Source: Iphione sp. A-MEVVRFRX5
Lineage: Eukaryota
Reading direction: 5' to 3'
DNA length: 64,000 nucleotides
Assembly: GCA_976226885.1 (NCBI GenBank)
Contig: OZ320317.1
Coordinates: 66,030,001-66,094,000 of the forward strand
Shown here: piece by piece, positions 52,431 through 64,000 of the stretch
How the letters are laid out: every line of letters starts with the position of its first letter
Position numbering within the stretch: the first letter of the stretch is position 1
The notes under the pieces: model-generated
What the model saw: the letters and a program-made list of their open reading frames with translations, nothing else
What the model was told of the DNA's origin: nothing
Databases searched by the model: none
Translations under genes and position numbers: made by a program

Positions 52431-55400
52431 CTTGCGCGAACAAGACCTGTCAATGGCGTCCGACACAACGTCAGCACTTTTCCCCCTGTTAGTATCGTGC
52501 GGGGATTGGCCTCGTTCTCGACTAAGCGTTCTACGTACTCCATTAAGGAAGTCTTCAGCGGGTTCGCCAGCGGTCGACGACCGCGGCGACGTTGCGGCTG
52601 GTGATGGCGGAAGCGAGGTATGGGGCGACGACGGCGTCGACCGGCGGGGTGACGCAGGATGTGGCGTCATGGGCGATTCAGGCGGTGCCGACAGCGAGGT
52701 TAGCGTCATGCCTCCTCCTGCAGCCGCCGCCGCCGCTGCCGCCGCTGCCGATGAAGTTATCGATGAAGCAGCCGGAAGGTGATAATGCACGCCCCCATGA
52801 GGTGAACCTGAGCGTGACCCAGGCCGACCAGATGTCCACGGGTAAGAGCTGCTTAGGCGATGGGAATCGATCTGCTCAGAACGACTAGGACTTGAGATGG
52901 AGCGCGCCAGGTGGTGCGCCGACGGCGGATGAACACTTCCGTTTCCGGTGGTGCCGCCCACCTTGTGGTAGAAGAGCGTGACGTCATCTGATGACGTTCG
53001 ACGCTGACTGGTCCGACACTGGGCAGCGGTACCCGACACACCGCTGTAAGATCCCCTGTGGTTGGCTAAATGGCCATTAGAGGGGGCAGAAGGAGCACCA
53101 CTGTAAGATCCGATGTGATTGGCTAGTACGCCAGACGAAACGTTACTAGATGGTTTCTGATTGGTTACAGTACTACTGGAAGGAGCCGACGACCGCGGAG
53201 CGGTCGAACTAGTTGCAGAAGAGGAGGAGGATGCATCATGGTTTGTTACTCTCGTGTAGGACAGACGCTGTGTGCAAGGTCCTGAGCTCTCGCCTCCAGC
53301 GGAGGTGGGTGTGACTTCGGTACTCGACGATGGGCGCGACCAGCGCGAAGGACTCATGTGAACGATATAGGCGCCTCCCGGGGATATACGACGATAGCTA
53401 TCAATACCGATATTCCGATGACTGGTCCCTGAGCGGCGCTCGATGTTGGAGGCCACAAAGTTGCCACTCCCGGAGCCTAACGAGGACGCCGTCGACGTCG
53501 GCGTGGTGCGATGGTCGCTTCGGCGGTGGCTCGTTGCGTCATCGCCGTCGTCGTCGGGCGTCTTGATAATGATATTAGCAACCTCGACCGTGTGATGGCG
53601 CTGACGTGCGTAAGAACGCAGACCGTCGGCGCTCAACGCGTTCCGGTCGCGGCCACTAGAGGTCGCTGGCGTCGTGGAGGACATTGTTGGTTGGGGACCG
53701 CGGCGCACCGGCTCATCCTGCCGAGAGACTGATTTGTCAACGAGATCAGCGCTGTGGTGCTTCCGCTCACCATAACGACGGAAGCGCATGTGCGAAGTAT
53801 TCACCTCCGGTGCTGTTTTAGTGGGCGTTGGCTGAGAGGATCGCTCCCCAGTGCTATGGTCGCGCAGTCGGCTCAGGGTCGGGCGAGTAGCGAAGCTCGT
53901 AACCCTATTCGTGTCACACTCACTCACGCTACCGCCGGATAATGACTGTGAGTCTTTGCTACTCTCGGGAGCACATTGCTCGATCCCGGTCTTAGTTCCC
54001 AGCGTGTTCTGTGGTATCTCCACCGTCCCCGACGATCGGCGACTTCCTGTTATACGCGTCTCAGAGCGCGACCTGCTGTCACCCGCGCGTGAGTGCGCCA
54101 TATCAGCAATGGAAGACCGGCCCTCCACCTTTCCTCTTCCGCCAAACCCTATCTTTCCATGATCGTCGAGCGGCAGGGCGGACGATCCGGTCGTCGAAGT
54201 CGTCGTCGTCGTCGTCGTCGGTGTGGCGGTTGGGGTCGGCGGTGGAGCAACGGGCTTCGTCGGCGACATGAGAAGGGAGCTTATCTCCTGCTCTAAGCGT
54301 GGGGAGATTGGGCGCGGCCGACGACTGCCCCAATACGACGAGCCCGACCGCGGTGTAGGAATACAACAGCTACCTGTACCCGCTCGCTGATTAACATTCT
54401 GCCCACTAGTGGGCGCCACGACAGACAACGTGGATGGCGGAGAGATATGACTGCCGTAGGCAGCCGTAGTGGTCGGGAGGTTGTGTTTAGGTGTGTTGGG
54501 CACGGAAGAGATATCCTCGTCGCTGCTGAACACTGCGATCGGCGGCGACGGCGGTTGGTTTTGGTTCTCATCGCGTAGGGTCGTGACTGCAGCACCTGCT
54601 GAGTGCTTGCGGAAGCGCAGCCGGCTACGGTGGCGTCCTTCTACTGTTGACGTATTCGTCGTCCCACTGTAGGTACTTTTGCCCGTTCCCGTCTTACTAT
54701 CGTCACACCTTCCGGTGATGTTCCCACTTCCGCTACCGCCGTTATTGTTGTTAGGCTCCGGTCGCAGCTCCATCGATGCTGACGTGCGGATGGGCTCCTT
54801 GTCGCGACTCGACGATCGTCGCAGGTTGAAGATGCCGAAACGCTGCAGGAAGCTAGGGCTGTGCGGGCTAGGTGATCGTTGTGGACTGTCACGGGACAAT
54901 ACCTTGTCGCGCACGCCACTTCCGCCCACTCCGCCAGCAGTACCGCCACCGCCGCCATTGCGCACCAGTGACAGGAAGTTCTTGTCACCGTCGGAGGGGG
55001 ACCGGACATGACCCTTGTGTTTGACTCCGCTGGGTGGTTTGGCGCGACCAGAAGTTGGTGGTGGACCACGCACGCTCAAGTCGAGATGGAACTCGGCTGA
55101 CTTTGGACGCTGTTCTTTATTTGTTGGAACCGGAAGGCTAGTCCCGCGCGTCATCGGCGGCCGCAGTCGGCGCCATGGTAGCGCCGGCTCGAGGTCGCCG
55201 ACCTTATTACCAGAAGGCATATTGGTTAGACGTCGTGACTGGCCGTCTTGTTCCGCTTCCTGCTCCTCTGCGCCGTCTTCCTGTCCTGCGGTGTAGTCTG
55301 CCCAGTCTAGCACACCCTCTCCTATGTCACTGTCACTCTCCTGTAGCCCCTCAGATGGCACTAATGTCGGGATCTCGTCGCTATCGGAGCCATCCACGGA

Positions 55401-56159
55401 ACACCCCGACGCATCACCCTCACCGCTGAGAATCGCACCTTCACAGCCGCCGGCCGCGACGTATCGACGGAGTTGGTTGAAGTCTGGTAGAAGTGTGACA
55501 CCAAACTGACGCGCAGGCGTACAGATAGGTCGGCTCCCGAAATAGCGACGGCCACGTTGATGCGATCTATTTCTTTCTCCGAAGCCGCCGTCGTCGTCGT
55601 CTTCGTTGTCGTCGTTAATGTGGACCTTAGTGCGGTCGTCGCTCTTGTGCCTGTAGAGGTTGTCCTCTTCCTCCTCACCGTTCTCGTCGTCATCGATTCC
55701 CTCTTCCACGTTGGTCGGGTTTGTGATGAGCGTAACCTGGTCGTCGCCGACGGTCATGTGCGCGGTCACGTGCCGCAGAGTCGACGCCAAGCGGCGCCCA
55801 CTCGGCGCGAGCCCGACCGCTCGTCCACTGTTGCCGTTGCTTTCGGAGGACGCCGAACTTCCGGCGCCATCCTCTGCCTCGTCCTCTTTGGATGACGACG
55901 ATCGGCTATACTTCCGCTTCCGTTGGGTCCAGGCACTGTTATTACTCAAACCATTCGATGCAGCGTTGCCGGCTGTAGTGCTGCTACTACTGGAAATTGG
56001 CGCGCGTCGCCTTCCGTCGTTCCTTCCGGCGGAACTGCCAACGCTTCGCTTGTGGGAGTTGCGGAGAGCGTCCTGTGACCGACTGAGGACGGTGACGCTG
56101 GCCTCCCAGTTAAGGAGACGGTGCGTGTCCGGTTCGTCCTCCTCTGTCAGCTGCCGCTT
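52431..56159 (-). CDS. Giant internal exon (1,243 codons) of gene A; Ser/Arg/Gly/Thr/Pro-rich, predicted disordered
   Basis: The open frame extends the 1193-aa ORF upstream to a polypyrimidine acceptor (ttctttctctttccag|AAGCGG at 56159) and ends at donor CGCAAG|gtaaga at 52431. Length 3,729 nt, phase 0-0. GC-rich with codon-like triplet repeats. Confidence 0.9.
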
Positions 56160-57520
56160 CTGGAAAGAGAAAGAAGCATATCAATATGGAGCCGAAATGA
56201 AATATGCAAATATAGACTGAATGAATACGTATCAGAACAATGCATTCTGCAATGAGCGCGTTGAATTTGACTGAACAATTCATATATTCCTCTGAGCTTC
56301 GAAGGAAAAACTGCTGGAGAGATTTGATCGCTCAGATGTAATCACAGCACCTTCGTTTTGCTGAAATAAGACAAACGGTTACATGAAAACTACCTGAGAA
56401 CTCCCACGCCTAATGGCACATGCAAATACACATAGAAACTGAACATACACACGTGCGCCATGTCAAGGACAGGTGAGACGAGCAGTTGATGGTAGCTACC
56501 CTTACGTCATTCCTATAGCACTCCACAGTTACCCAAGAGGGCTTTTACGTCTCTCAGTCGCCCGTTACTCAGTTTTTATTTGACGTGTCTTCACCATACT
56601 TCCCCATACACTCTTAGCTGTCCTAGGGACCTGCCATTTTCCACCTCTAATCTTTAAGCGCTGACATTTTCCACTTCTTCGTTTCTTTTCAACCGTTTTC
56701 AAATAACACGTAATATTTGATGAATGTTCTCCTCCCCTTTTCTCCTCTTCCCATCCATCTATCTAACCCTCCCTCGTTGTTTTACTCGCTTTGTAGTACC
56801 TACTTCTATCATCCTCGACAAAGTATCCCTTGCCTTTGCATCTCTAATCCCCTTTGGCACCTCCGGCTAGTTCTCCCCCACTGCCCTCCATCATTCTCAC
56901 TAGGATTCTCCTCAGGAAAGGTCGTTTGCCAACATGGTATGCGTATTGCTTAGTAATTCTTGTCACCTCGAGAGGCGTGACCTGAAAGCAAGTGAGCTGT
57001 CTTGCATTACCTTCACTCAATACAGACCACGGCCAGTTCCTCGGTAATTTTCTTTTCCACAAATATCCATCGTCAATACTACGTTCTAAATGCTACACAT
57101 TCTGTCGCATTACAGAAAAAAAGTGAAAATTACCTGAAATATTTTCCTCTTCTGACATGTATTCAGTTTTCTACCTGTTCATTTTTTCTCTGTCGAGTCT
57201 CTTGCCTTCTTGTGAATATTAGGGCATAAAAAATCATCCAGTGTCAGTATGGACAAATATTTTCTTCTAACATGACTAATGATTAGTGGAGAATATATCC
57301 AAGGAATCCCTATTGCAAGACCTAAGAAAACAGTTTCTCGGGGTTCGAATATACATATGCATCAGTAATTTATTTCCCCTCGTTGTCATTGCTTGGTAAG
57401 AATTTATAAATGGTCAAAGAATATACCTACTGAACTATCATTTATGTACCGGTGCAATCATACCATCAAAAGAGCACTAAGTCCTACATATGGCCTTAAC
57501 AAAATAAAACAATTACTGAC

Positions 57521-57560
57521 CTCAGGAACAGCTCTGCAGATATATAGATCAGCTATATCA
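57521..57560 (-). CDS. 40-nt exon of gene A (SDIADLYICRAVPE)
   Basis: Acceptor ttataaccag|TGAT, strong donor CCTGAG|gtcagt. Phase 2 to 0 bridges exactly the 60978 exon and the giant exon. Confidence 0.55.
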
Positions 57561-59589
57561 CTGGTTATAAATTATTCCCCAGTGTTTATCACTTATCTGT
57601 CCTCTTACCTACTGCAAAAAAATTGAACAAGTACTGGACAGAGCGGTACAAATTATATACTCTATAGATACAAACAACAAATAATACAGAAATACAAGGG
57701 AATTACATCTCCACTACATGATGCAGAGTGTGCAGAGCAGAACGATATGTAACATATTGAACTTAATGTACAGGGCCATAAAAAATTGTACTGTCAGAAA
57801 GGACTAAGATTAAAACCACTAGAAACTCAGCTGGATCTCGGATTAAAACGTTCATCCCAAGAAATGACAAAATATGAAAATCCATAGCCTACAAAGGTAT
57901 TTGAATGTGGAACCAGATAGATCCAATGTATAGAAACATGACAGTTGATCATGAATTTGATATAGCAACACAAGTTTTATGTACAACTGTTTTCAATGCT
58001 ACCTACTGACGTGTTACTTACTCCTAATATCTAGCATTAAAACGAATCAATCAACTGTTTGCTAAAACAAATGCCATCATTTCATTTTCGTAGCTCATTA
58101 ATTTCATTGCATATTTCCCTTCTTTTCACCTGGTTATAAGGTAAAAATTGGTAAATATGAATTTGTATAGCCTTCTGTACTAGGAAAAAGGTCTGGTACG
58201 ACGATATTTTGTTATTATTATCATTATTATCATTATTATCAGGAGACATTTCTTGTTGCATTACAAAGACATTTCTACCATAGACTGGTGTTATATAACA
58301 CGAGCTTACTCTATACTCTAACCTCTTCAAAAGGCGTGGTTTGTACTTTTCCTTAGAGTAAATAAAACAGTGGTCCCTGTTAAAATAGCTATAGTCCAAG
58401 AAAAAAAGGTTTGAGGTTCCTGTACTTACTAAACTTAAAATTACGCTGGAATTTGCAAAGATGCATTTGTTCTTTGTCGGTTTATTCAATGTTTGGAAAT
58501 TGAGGAGTTTGCACGTATGTATACTGATAGGGCTATCCCCACCTTTCTGAAGACATATTCATATCTCTGTAGCCATGAATATAATTATTTAAGCGCATAG
58601 TTGTCTACTTCATTATATAGATGGCTATGCTTTTTCACAAAGAATTATATCCATACATGTATGTATATTATTATATTTAGGTGTGGATTTCAATATGTAT
58701 GCATGTGATTTCCCTTGAAAATTACCAACCAATATTAACTGAATAATTTGTGAAATAAAAGTGTAAGTATACTCAACAGCGACATTGAAATGCTCTTTAA
58801 ATTGACACACCAACAGTTTTACAAATTGTCAAAGACAAACTCAAAAAGAATTCTTTACTATTGCACAGGAGGACTCCAGATCTAGAATTTCAGAATATCT
58901 GCCTCTGAACAGATTTAGGACTTTGGATTTGCTGTCGATCAAGCCAGTCAAGAAGACCCACAGTCTGACTGATACCCACTCTGTGTAGCTACGTTAAGGT
59001 CACCACATCATCATCCGAGGCCCCCCCCGAGACCCTCTGTGTAAGCAGGTGACTGTCTACACCTAACAGATGTAAATTTCTATGTGGTCAGTAAAAGGGC
59101 ATGCTGAAACTATGCCAGACCATATTCCCTGTATAGGCAAGTGAAGAATTATACCTATCCTCGCTGCAGGCTGCACTTCCTATGCCGGAAAGGGAAGAGG
59201 CCCTATATACATTACAGTAAGATTAGACTCTCTGTATGTTAGTCAAATACGTTAACAAAGTTAAGGCTATCAGGAAAGGTTGTTTATTGCACAGTGTACA
59301 GACATAAGTGTTAACATCTACATATATGGTAGGTACAGCTGGATTCTGTTTATAAGCATATGGGGTATCTGTAATTAGGATTTATTGTAGTAGAGTATGG
59401 TTTAGTGTCTTGAATAATAAGAAAGATTCTTTATGTACATCTGTTAGACTTGACTTGCAAAAAGATCAAGGTATCGACATTCTTGGGTGCAGATACAGAA
59501 CAATATTATTTCCTTCTGTCACCTCACTGAAGTAGTTTTCACAGAGAGGATTAAACAGTATTACACTACCTCCCCTGAATGCTTGTTGA

Positions 59590-59659
59590 GTGTCTTGTAT
59601 ATTCTTTTGGATATATACATGTTAAAGTGTCTTGTATATTCTTTGGGATATATACATGT
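59590..59659. repeat. Near-perfect tandem duplication, about 37-bp period
   Basis: AGTGTCTTGTATATTCTTT.GGATATATACATGT occurs twice. Confidence 0.9.
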
Positions 59660-60977
59660 GTTTATGGTTAACCTAAATGACCAGATTAGTGTCTAAATTT
59701 ATAGTCTTTGTTAAAAGTCATAATTCAGGAAAAATACTACAGAGGTGAAAAGTGGGTGATAATCAGGGAGTTTCTGCATATTCTAATGTGAACTCTAATG
59801 CCTGTTAAAAACAAACCAGTGATAATTTTGACATTTGCACTTCATCTTAAGGTAGTTCTACATGTGTCCTAATCATGATGTCAGAGTTAGCATTAAAGTC
59901 AATGTCAAATTATTATTATGAGACAAAACAGTACAATGGCTCAAGGAGAGAAGTCCACTTGTTTTCACCTCCACACTGGGCTCCCTGACCTATATATGAC
60001 TAGGGTACCAGTCTTATCAGCCACTGTGACGTCATGCTCACTTGAAAATTAAGAGCATATAAATGTTCAGAGATACGAACAGCGATTAGTACCATGTAAC
60101 AGCATATGTGTGTTCTCTGGCCTGCTCCAAATTTGTGCTACTGTACAGGTGTTAATGCAATAACGCCCAATCGAACCAGACCTCAATTGGTTCTGAGATG
60201 TTATTTATCACTGTAGACTTGAGTATCTATACGTGAACAGACGAAAGGCCAAAAACATATGTCTTGTGTAAGCAGGAGAAACGTTCTCTACCTATCCAGG
60301 TAAAATTGGACTATCTATGCAGGCAGGTGCAGGGCCATTAATGTCAGTCAGCCTGCCCTTTGGTGTATTAATCAGGAAAATGGCAATAACATGAGAACAA
60401 TTCTATCTACTTTCAAAAGGGCAGGTTTTTCACTATTTTTGGTTGACATAATTATATATTTTGGTCATGTTTTTGTTGACATATTTCAGGTGCTGATGGC
60501 AACTCCATGTGCTCTAAAACTATTGTTTCTTTTGAGACGATTCACTGCAAGATTCACTGCCAGATTCCACTAAATTTGCTAGACATTGGCCAAATTTGTC
60601 TGACGCATGGCGCTATTGTAAAAATATACACGTAACCACATCTACACTATCACATAACCACATTTAAAGTGTCCATTGTGCTGAATGTGTTTCATATGAC
60701 GAAGGGTTTATTATTTGTAAAATGTAATTATCAAGACGTTCTGATAGAAAGCTTGGTCTTATATAAGCATGTACATATATTTTGAGATGTTCAGTCGATC
60801 ATATGCTCAGAAATAAAGCATGGACATTTTCACAATTGCTTATCAAAACCCATATTATCAAATATGCTTTGACATATACCAGGAGGAAATATCACACTAC
60901 GTAATATTCAGGGCATTTTTCTATCAATTTGAGGTACGATATTTTTTATTGGTGTAAAAAGAGTCGGGGCCCGTTAC

Positions 60978-61043
60978 CTGTATGGGTCCCCAGTGATGGC
61001 TTGGCAGCAGTATACGCCGGTCAGTGCCGCAGGGAAGAAGGTG
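60978..61043 (-). CDS. Small internal exon of gene A (RTFFPAALTGVYCCQAITGDPY)
   Basis: Acceptor cccacttacaatcag|CACC, donor ACAG|gtaacg. Phase 2 to 2, and reads in frame with the exon at 62239-62320. Confidence 0.7.
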
Positions 61044-62238
61044 CTGATTGTAAGTGGGAGCATGCTAAGGGAATTAGTCCTAATCAACTGACAGTACGCC
61101 CCCTGCCTCCAGTGGCCTCGACAGGAAGCTGTCACCGCCAGATTCGTGTGCTTCCAACGTTAAAAGTGGAGGAAATGTGGCGGAGGGAGGGTGGCGGGGG
61201 AGGGAGGGAGGATGCAGGGGTTTTTGTAATGTCGTGGCTAGGAGTTGAACTGCTGTTCCAGAGACGATGTCAAGTGCGGCAGGGATTTGTATGTTAATAA
61301 ATGCATCAACACAGAAGCGCGTGTGTCACATTTACACGTACACCCGTGACTCAGGGGCTTATACACAGACCAGCACCCACCTACACAAACGTACACACGC
61401 ATACAGTGCCATGCATATAGATGGGCACCGACACCTACATACAAGTGCACGTATATACAAGCACAGTAATGATATTAACATTCATCATTTTCAGCTGGAG
61501 CCTTTATCTGAACGGTACCCATAATGTAAAGGCGTATTGCAGCGTATCTGTCTAGTACTAGCATCGTAATCAAGCTGGCATTGCGAACTTCAATGAAGTA
61601 TACTACAGAACAACATTACTCGAAATTCATCTGAATGAAAAGACGTAATTATATCATATCTTGATAACCTTTTTGCATACCTTGATAACATTTTTGCATT
61701 AAGGATGTCGTTTTATTATCTAACATTGAATTGCAAAAGCTTCCCCAGGGATGTTCATAACATTTAAAAATATCTGCAGGCTTCCTTTGTGTCTACTTTG
61801 GTTGCATACCACCTACATGACTATTCAGTGAGTATTTCTTCCCTCCTGGGGATGAAACACGATGGCTATAAACACCTATTTCCGTAAATTAAATATTTAA
61901 GTTTGCAAGTTGATAGACTATAGGGGACAATGCTTCAAATGCCCACCCCATCGTAGATGATTTACACTCTGACACTGTAAGGTAACTTCAACGGATCATC
62001 ATAAGCGAGGTAGCTCACTGCAAAAACACGCTTATGTCATTCCATAGGGATCCGGAAAGGTAAAGTAAATAGGGAAAGGCCGGTGGATGAGGCGACTACC
62101 GATATGTATGTAGAGATATGCATCGGTTGGGGTCTGTGGGTCCAGCGTGAGTCCCGTTGCTTGCATATGTTTGCGGCCAAGCTCATCCGTATAGCTTTTT
62201 TTCTTGGCTAACGGAGCGCGAGCCTGGGGTCAGCTCAC

Positions 62239-62320
62239 CGACCATCCCTCATTCTGGCAGCTGCATCCGTTACATTCAAGAGCAGCTCATTCCATTTCCG
62301 CGTCAGGAGGGTATTACTTC
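62239..62320 (-). CDS. Small internal exon of gene A (SNTLLTRKWNELLLNVTDAAARMRDG)
   Basis: Acceptor ttaactcag|GAAG, donor GGTCG|gtgagc. Open in phase 1 to 2 and compatible with the next exon. Confidence 0.7.
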
Positions 62321-62776
62321 CTGAGTTAACACAGTTAAGCTCTGCCCTTAGACCTCACCCGCTAACGACCACTATCGTGACGAATGTTCACCGACAGTCA
62401 AAATAAGCAAAGCGTTATCATTTTTGAATATTCCCATTTTACCTCCAAGTTAAATAAGGATATTTGTATACAACAGCGCGTTTTAATGACAAATCGTCGT
62501 CCGTGTGCAATAACTTTGTGCTGAACAGGAAATACGTCTCCCGATGTGGAAATAACAGAGGAGTGCATGTGAGAGGAGAACTTATTTAAGACGGATATTG
62601 GTAACTACCGTAAGGTGAATACATCGAGGACCCAAGCCACAGAAAATCGGATCTTTAAACATTGTCTTTCAGGTTCGAACTTTTCAATGAGTACTGTTGT
62701 ACACAGGAGTAAGATGTCCATGTATACGTAATTCTTTCTGCGATGTGATTAGAGTTGCGCCTTTAAAATCTCGTTG

Positions 62777-62940
62777 NNNNNNNNNNNNNNNNNNNNNNNN
62801 NNNNNNNNNNNNNNNNNNNNNNNNNNNNNNNNNNNNNNNNNNNNNNNNNNNNNNNNNNNNNNNNNNNNNNNNNNNNNNNNNNNNNNNNNNNNNNNNNNNN
62901 NNNNNNNNNNNNNNNNNNNNNNNNNNNNNNNNNNNNNNNN
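62777..62940. other. Assembly gap (N run)
   Basis: Ns in the sequence. Confidence 1.
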
Positions 62941-64000
62941 TTCCCCGTCTCTTGCCCCTTGTCTGTTATTTTCCCTGATGCCCCTTCGCCTCCCCAACAA
63001 ACTCTCCAATGTTATGTATTTCCCATGCTACGGGTTTGAAGTTTTTTTTTTTCAGTCAGGTAAACCTGGAATCCCTACCTACCAAGCGACTATCTGTTAT
63101 CGACCCACAAACCATCTGACATCTACTCCAGCATTTTACCGCCCTTTGACACACCTTTATATCTCCAAAGCAGGTGGTATGCAGTACCCCAGCTCTTCTG
63201 GGGCTGGCAGGTAAGCGATTCCATGTGTCTCGCTCTCTCTCTCTTTCTACCCCATCATTCCACTGCCATCTGTGACCATGGCTCCCATGAGGCGGTGGGA
63301 TGCATCAGCCTAAGACCTGCACAGCAGTGCAAATAAAAATAAAATAAGTTTAAGTGGTCCACTTCTGACGAAGGTGGATGAGACTACGAAGTCCCCCCCC
63401 AAAAAAAAGTAATTAAATAAATAAAATAATTAGCTTCATAGGAGTAGACCGCGAATGCATATATTTTAGTGAACCTTGCTTGTGAAACAAATGAGAGAGG
63501 TATTCAGGTGTGGGCTGAGAAGGTAACCCGGACTACTAGTTTTGGATATGAGTTGATCTTGGCTTTCCTCTTCAATAGCCTTCAAAGGTCTGAATTGTAA
63601 AGTGACAACTTGATGGTGTCTCAAATCAGTAGCACCCATGGTGAGAACAGCAGCAGATGATCTTTAAGATAAACTTATGTGAACGATACAACACGTGTTG
63701 GGGAGTCGCCCAATGGGCTTCTTTTGCCTCACCAGTTGGGATTTTTGCGAAAGAAAATAAATAATGGCTATGCATAGAAATTGGCGTTGGTGTGAGATTA
63801 AACACAAAGATATTGTATGGTATATAGTATACTTTATGGCATCATAATAGTAGTCAAAAAGAATAATTCTGTTTAGCCCCGCAAGGAACTACAGTATTGT
63901 AGTGCTTGGGTACTCCCAAGCACTTGGTCGTGATAAGCTGCACTCAGTAATGGGGAGTTGTTGTTGAGCTTGGGTATACCCAAGCATCATGTACTGTTAA

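Noticed and set aside
52414-56220. Many overlapping + strand and alternate-frame ORFs
   Set aside because: Shadow ORFs of the GC-rich, stop-poor mega-exon; the same applies at 5.8-6.9, 12.6-13.2 and 19.3-20.7 kb.
58925-58975. DFGFA kinase-like motif on the + strand
   Set aside because: Flanked by stops, with no other kinase subdomains nearby.

Overview
Animal (marine invertebrate-type) genomic DNA. The TACATGTA-rich, roughly 40% GC intronic sequence with GC-rich exons suggests amphioxus/Branchiostoma or similar, but this is not provable from the window. There is no prokaryotic organisation, CRISPR array, rRNA or intact tRNA. All credible coding signal is on the minus strand as scattered GT-AG exons, probably from two genes. 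Gene A (about 62.3 to 50 kb) has three small phase-compatible exons joined to one giant 3,729-nt Ser/Arg/Gly-rich disordered exon. Gene B (about 46 to below 5.7 kb) has further large disordered exons (19.4-20.9, 12.8-13.1 and 5.7-6.9 kb) that share R-x-K-S motifs. Neither gene can be named with confidence. Introns hold non-autonomous DNA transposons (TA-flanked CAGT...ACTG MITEs, a pogo-like 1.3-kb element, a TIR element carrying a satellite, a fold-back element, a Helentron-like end), minisatellites and two assembly gaps. The most intriguing signal is the roughly 15-fold excess of the palindrome TACATGTA. It is exactly the footprint expected when the TA|CAGT...ACTG|TA MITEs in this window excise. 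Exon boundaries were read by eye and need RNA-seq confirmation.
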